Assembly (NCBI GenBank): GCA_964399195.1
Contig: CAYNPY010000002.1
Coordinates: 15,129 to 79,128, forward strand
From: an uncultured Fibrobacteraceae bacterium
GTDB taxonomy: Bacteria; Krumholzibacteriota; Krumholzibacteriia; LZORAL124-64-63
Reading direction: 5' to 3'
DNA: 64,000 bases
Positions 60,345 to 64,000 of this stretch are shown here, piece by piece. The stretch's first letter is position 1, and each line of letters begins with the position of its first letter. Under the pieces are notes generated by a model. The model saw nothing but the letters and a program-made list of their open reading frames with translations. It had not been told where the DNA came from and did no database searches. A program made the translations under genes and the position numbers.

Positions 60345-60689
60345 ATGCCCACCTACGAATACCAGTGCCGCCGCTGCGGCACGTTGACCAGCGAATTCAA
60401 GCCCATGAGCGCCCCGCGGCGGCAGCGTTGCCCCGCCTGCCGCGGCAAGGTCGAGCTGGTGATCAGCGGCGGCCTGGGCGTCGTCTTCAAGGGCGACGGT
60501 TTCTACATCAACGACTCGCGCAAGGCGGCGGCCGCGCGCGGCGGCAAGCCCGCCGGCGAGCCGGCGGGCGGCGGCGCCGAAGGGGCCGGCGGCTCGGACC
60601 AGGCGAAGTCCGGCGCCGCCGCGAAAACCGATGCGCCCGCCGCCGGGAAGGTACATGATAGCGGGAGCGGGGCAGCGGACAAGGGTTAG
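60345..60689 (+). CDS. FmdB-family zinc-ribbon protein with Gly/Ala-rich tail
   Basis: Uses ATG 60345 in ORF 59526-60689 after AGGGAGGA, giving 114 aa. The core is MPTYEYQCRRCG...RCPACRGKVELVIS...FKGDGFY. A low-complexity tail follows. Confidence 0.8.
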   Translation: MPTYEYQCRRCGTLTSEFKPMSAPRRQRCPACRGKVELVISGGLGVVFKGDGFYINDSRKAAAARGGKPAGEPAGGGAEGAGGSDQAKSGAAAKTDAPAAGKVHDSGSGAADKG

Positions 60690-60742
60690 CCCGGCCCCAC
60701 CCCGGGCCGCCGGGGCCGGCCTCACCGAACGGGAGGGCGCGC

Positions 60743-62413
60743 ATGGCAGCCGAAATGATCGCGGTCGAGATCGACGGCAGGCGCCTCGACATCGCGCCCG
60801 GCATCACCGTCCAGCAATACCTCGAACAGGCCCACCCGACCTGGCTGCAGGGCGACAATCCCGTGGCGCTGGCCTCCATCAACGGCCGGCGCACGCCGCT
60901 GGCCGAGCCGTTGTCGGGCGACGAGCGCGTGCGGCTGATCCGCCTGCGCGACCCGCAGGCCCAGAGCACCATCCAGCGCACCGTGCAGTTCCTGGCCGCG
61001 GTGGCCGCCGAGCAGCTCTTCCCCGAGCATCGCCTCTATTTCCACTTCAGCTACGACAGCGGCATGTACTGCGAGCTGGAACGGCCGGAGCCCCTGACCG
61101 ACGACGAGATCGCCAGACTCGAGAACCGGATGCGGGATCTGGTGGCGCAGGACCTGCCGCTGACGCCGCAGCGCTTCGGCCTGCGCGCGCTGCTGAAGAT
61201 CTTCCGCCGTCGCGGCGATGAACGCGCGTGGCGCGCCGCCAAGTACCTCCGGCGCGAGACCATGCTCATGTACTCGATGCAGGGCGCCCAGCTGATGTAC
61301 TACGGACGGCAGCTGCCCTCGACCGGCTACGTGAAGGCGTTCCGGTTGCTGCCCGAGTCGCCCGGCTTCGTGCTGCTGACCAACGAGAAGGGCCGGCCCG
61401 ACGTGGTGCCGGCGTTCCATGCGCAGCCGAAGCTGCTGGAGACGTTGCGGGAGCACGCCCGCTGGGTCGAGATGATCGGCGTGCCCGACACCGGGAGCCT
61501 GAACGAGCACATCGTCGCCGGCCGCACGGGCGAGCTGATCCAGGTGGCCGAGGCGCGCCACAACCAGTTCTTCGTCGAGGCCGCGCAGCGGGTGGCGGAC
61601 CTGCCGGAGCAGGGACGGCTGGTCCTGCTGGCCGGCCCGTCCAGTTCGGGCAAGACCAGCAGCGCCAAGCGCCTGATGGTGCAGTTGCGCGTGCTGGGGC
61701 TGCGCCCGTTCGCGCTCTCGCTGGACAACTACTTCGTCGACCGCGACGACACGCCGCGCGGCGCGGACGGCGATTTCGACTTCGAGGCGCTGGGCGCGCT
61801 GAAGATCGACCTCTTCAACCGCCACCTGGCCGAACTGCTGGCCGGCCGCGAGGTGCACCTGCCCGAATTCGACTTCCGCAGCGGGACCAGCCGGGAGTCG
61901 CCGGTCGCCACGCGCCTGCCGCCCGGCCAGCCGCTCATCGTCGAGGGCATCCACGCGCTCAACCCGGCGCTGACCGCCAGCATCCCCGCCGAGGACAAGC
62001 TGCTGATCTACGTCTCGGCGCTCGCCCACCTGAACATCGACAGCCACAGCTACATCAAGACCACGCACAGCCGGCTGTTCCGCCGCATCGTGCGCGACGC
62101 CAAGTACCGCGGCTACACCGCCAGCCAGACGCTGGCCCGCTGGCCCAAGGTGCGGCACGGCGAGGAGACGCACATCTTCCCGCACCAGAACAATGCCGAC
62201 CTGTTCTTCAACTCGGGCCTGACCTACGAGCTGGCGGTGCTGAAGCTGTGGGCCGAGCCGCGGCTGGCCGCCGTCGAGCCGGACGACCCGTTCTTCTTCC
62301 TGGCGCGCACGCTGATCGACCAGCTGTCCCTGCTGCTGCCGATCGACGCCAGCCAGGTGCCGCCGACGTCGATCCTGCGGGAGTTCATCGGGGGCTCGAG
62401 CTTCGACTACTAG
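60743..62413 (+). CDS. Uridine-kinase/PRK-family P-loop kinase fused to a TGS/ThrRS-like N-terminal region
   Basis: 556 aa. The N-terminus has a TGS-like beta-grasp (IAVEIDGRRLDIAPGITVQQYL) and a ~200-aa domain. The P-loop is LLAGPSSSGKTS, followed by LSLDNYF, PLIVEGIHALNP and RRIVRDAKYRG. Confidence 0.75.
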   Translation: MAAEMIAVEIDGRRLDIAPGITVQQYLEQAHPTWLQGDNPVALASINGRRTPLAEPLSGDERVRLIRLRDPQAQSTIQRTVQFLAAVAAEQLFPEHRLYFHFSYDSGMYCELERPEPLTDDEIARLENRMRDLVAQDLPLTPQRFGLRALLKIFRRRGDERAWRAAKYLRRETMLMYSMQGAQLMYYGRQLPSTGYVKAFRLLPESPGFVLLTNEKGRPDVVPAFHAQPKLLETLREHARWVEMIGVPDTGSLNEHIVAGRTGELIQVAEARHNQFFVEAAQRVADLPEQGRLVLLAGPSSSGKTSSAKRLMVQLRVLGLRPFALSLDNYFVDRDDTPRGADGDFDFEALGALKIDLFNRHLAELLAGREVHLPEFDFRSGTSRESPVATRLPPGQPLIVEGIHALNPALTASIPAEDKLLIYVSALAHLNIDSHSYIKTTHSRLFRRIVRDAKYRGYTASQTLARWPKVRHGEETHIFPHQNNADLFFNSGLTYELAVLKLWAEPRLAAVEPDDPFFFLARTLIDQLSLLLPIDASQVPPTSILREFIGGSSFDY

Positions 62414-62423
62414 CCGCTGGCCC

Positions 62424-63074
62424 TCAGACGCCTGGAGGTCCGCCCCACTGCGGGAAGACCTGCCGCCACAGGATGAGCAGGCCCGCGAGCAGCAGAAGCA
62501 CGCCGAGCACCCGCAGGATCGCGTCGATCTGCCGCGCCGTCAGGCGGTGCCGGGCCGCCGAGAGCGCCCACAGCAGCACCGAGAACCAGGAGAACACGCC
62601 CAGCGCCACGCCGCCCGCGAACGGCGCCGACGGGATGTCCGGGTCCAGCCCCAGGGCCGTGGCCGCCGTGATCAGGACCAGCCAGTTGAACGGCACCAGG
62701 GGATTGGCCGCGATCAGCAGGACGCCGTTGCGAAGGTCCGCCCCCAGGCTCCGCCGCGGCGGCGCGGGGAAGCGGCCGGATGCGGGCAACGAGGTGTGCC
62801 GGCGCAGGAAGTAGGTGCCCAGGCCCAGGAGCACGATGCTGCCGACCCCGCGCGCGACCTCGCCGACGACGGGCCAACGCTCGAGCAGGTGGGCGGCGCC
62901 CGCGAGGATCACCAGGCACCAGGCCCCTTCGGCCAGCGCCGAGCCGCAGGCCAACGCCAGGCCGTTCCGCCACCTTCCCGCCAGCCCCCGCTGCGCGATG
63001 AACACCGAGACGGCGCCGCCGATGGGCACGGAGGCGACGAAGCCGAGCAGGAAACCCCAGGCCGGCGGCGCCAT
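62424..63074 (-). CDS. LysE/RhtB-type amino-acid exporter family protein
   Basis: 216 aa with about six hydrophobic helices. Matching strings are FLLGFVASVPIGGAVSVFI and LLIAANPLVPFNW. The start shares 1 nt with the upstream stop. Confidence 0.7.
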   Translation of the reverse strand: MAPPAWGFLLGFVASVPIGGAVSVFIAQRGLAGRWRNGLALACGSALAEGAWCLVILAGAAHLLERWPVVGEVARGVGSIVLLGLGTYFLRRHTSLPASGRFPAPPRRSLGADLRNGVLLIAANPLVPFNWLVLITAATALGLDPDIPSAPFAGGVALGVFSWFSVLLWALSAARHRLTARQIDAILRVLGVLLLLAGLLILWRQVFPQWGGPPGV

Positions 63075-63799
63075 CAGAGGCCGCCGAACTCGGAGCGGGC
63101 TTCCTCGAGGTCCGACGGCGTGTCGATCTCGCGGCAGGGCAGATCGCCGATGTCGACCGCGGCCACGTCGTGGCCGGCCTCGACGAGTTCGAGGAAGGAC
63201 GCCTCGTAGTACTCGTCCAGGCGCCGTTCGTCACGCAGGCGCCGGCGCAGGACAGGCCACAGGGCGCCGACGAATTCCGCGCCGAAGACCTCGATGCCGA
63301 CCGACTCGCCCGCCGCAGCGGACGGATCCAGGTCCTTCCCGAGCGCGCGCACGCGCCCGCGGCCGTCCAGCGCGACCTTCATCTCCTCGTCACCGATCCC
63401 GCCGCGGGTGCGCAGGGCCAGCCGGTTGGCGGCCGGGTGCGCGAGCAGCAGGTCGAGGATGCCGCCGGCGAAGACGATGTCGGCGTCGAGCAGCATGAGC
63501 GGCCCGGACGGCAGGTCCGCTGCCAGGTGCAGCGACCAGGCGTTGTTGGTCGCGGCATAGTCCGCGTTCCGGATGAACCGGAAGGCGACCTTCGGGAACT
63601 CCGTCGCCAGCGCCGCCCGGATCATGTCCCCGCGGTAGCCGTCGACGATCGTGATCCGCTCGAGGCCGCGCGCGACCAGCAGGTCCACCGCCCGCGAGAT
63701 GATCGGGCGGCCGCCCACCTCCAGCAGGCACTTCGGTCGGTCGTCGGTCAGCGGCCGCAGCCGCAGCGCGCGGCCCGCGGCCAGGATCAACACCTCCAT
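63074..63799 (-). CDS. Nucleotidyltransferase (NTP_transferase fold; LicC/sugar-phosphate cytidylyl/guanylyl-transferase-like)
   Basis: 241 aa. The N-terminus is MEVLILAAGRALRLRPLTDDRPKCLLEVGGRPII. Matching strings are NNAWSL and LMLLDADIVF. GGGGGAGG sits upstream of the ATG. Confidence 0.8.
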   Translation of the reverse strand: MEVLILAAGRALRLRPLTDDRPKCLLEVGGRPIISRAVDLLVARGLERITIVDGYRGDMIRAALATEFPKVAFRFIRNADYAATNNAWSLHLAADLPSGPLMLLDADIVFAGGILDLLLAHPAANRLALRTRGGIGDEEMKVALDGRGRVRALGKDLDPSAAAGESVGIEVFGAEFVGALWPVLRRRLRDERRLDEYYEASFLELVEAGHDVAAVDIGDLPCREIDTPSDLEEARSEFGGL

Positions 63800-63820
63800 G
63801 CAAGCCTCCCCCTCGTCCCC

Positions 63821-64000
63821 TCAGGCGACCCGCGACCGCGTCGTGCGCTCGCGGGCCGCCTGCACGGCCGACACGAGCAGACCCCACGTCACGCCGACGA
63901 CGAGACCGGTCCACAGGTAGTATTCCGGATGCCCGAGGAATCCCGCCGCGGCGATCAGCGTGACGTGCGTCGACGGCCCCATCAGGACCGCCAGGCGCAG
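63821..64000 (-). CDS. 3' end of an integral membrane protein CDS entering from outside the window
   Basis: The reverse complement of 63821-64000 is an open frame, LRLAVLMGPSTHVTLIAAAGFLGHPEYYLWTGLVVGVTWGLLVSAVQAARERTTRSRVA, followed by a stop. It has two hydrophobic helices. Its position upstream of a LicC-like gene would fit a CDP-alcohol phosphatidyltransferase, but that is a guess. Confidence 0.4.
   Translation of the reverse strand: MRLAVLMGPSTHVTLIAAAGFLGHPEYYLWTGLVVGVTWGLLVSAVQAARERTTRSRVA

Noticed and set aside
1-64000. Search for rRNA, tRNA, CRISPR arrays, transposases, integrases, phage genes, toxin-antitoxin pairs or known defence genes
   Set aside because: No intergenic region is long enough or has tRNA-like T-loop and acceptor features. 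There are no regularly spaced direct repeats. No ORF has DDE, tyrosine or serine recombinase, nuclease-helicase or Cas-like motifs. By this reading the window is core-like chromosome rather than an obvious island.

Overview
Very GC-rich (roughly 70% by eye, not computed), densely coding 64-kb bacterial chromosomal segment. I can support 57 protein-coding genes, two of them cut by the window edges and one a 59-aa ferredoxin missing from the ORF track. I also list about a dozen candidate promoters, operators and hairpins. I found no rRNA, tRNA, CRISPR array, transposase, integrase or phage genes. Bacterial identity rests on an ECF sigma/anti-sigma pair, Rex, a SPOR protein, FabH, LemA, a TolC-like outer-membrane factor, and RND and ABC tripartite efflux systems. 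Four secreted proteins share a FlgD-Ig/T9SS-like C-terminal domain. Together with the GC content this hints at an uncultured FCB-superphylum or Gemmatimonadota/Eisenbacteria-like lineage, which is a weak inference. Genes are strongly operonic, with at least ten ATGA/GTGA/TGATG start-stop overlaps. Gene order: truncated histidine kinase, lemA pair, AtuA-family protein, a 1169-aa GH13 enzyme, and a secreted CTD protein. Then two SAM methyltransferases, a beta-helix protein, a YgfK-N-terminal-like Fe-S flavoprotein with a HAD phosphatase, SPOR-fabH, a 559-aa unknown, and a CBM9/DUF5916-like barrel. Then rex, gatE-gatD, an M1 peptidase, cysE, the DUF1573/rhodanese/MauE triad, ferredoxin, and a ybjQ-like/anti-sigma/ECF sigma/PduO-type adenosyltransferase block. 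Then an MdtABC-like MFP plus two RND pumps, dus, a ferritin-like protein, citrate synthase, and a seven-gene TetR-OMF-HlyD-ABC efflux operon. Then DUF423, a lysyl-endopeptidase-like protease with a PAP2-like protein, an FAD oxidoreductase, a Cys-less thioredoxin-fold protein, an RluA-family synthase, EamA, a second M1 peptidase, a GAPDH-like protein, an FmdB zinc ribbon, a TGS-uridine-kinase-like protein, LysE and a nucleotidyltransferase. The most unusual item is an archaeal-type gatE-gatD operon in this bacterial context, divergent from rex with a perfect 16-bp Rex-box-like palindrome between them. Other items worth a second look are the DUF1573 / Cys-less rhodanese / MauE triad and a GAPDH homologue that has lost both catalytic residues. 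I did not find a clearly new multi-gene system such as a defence island, and I say so rather than force one. The many very long ORFs in the track that run antisense or out of frame to these genes are GC-composition artefacts.
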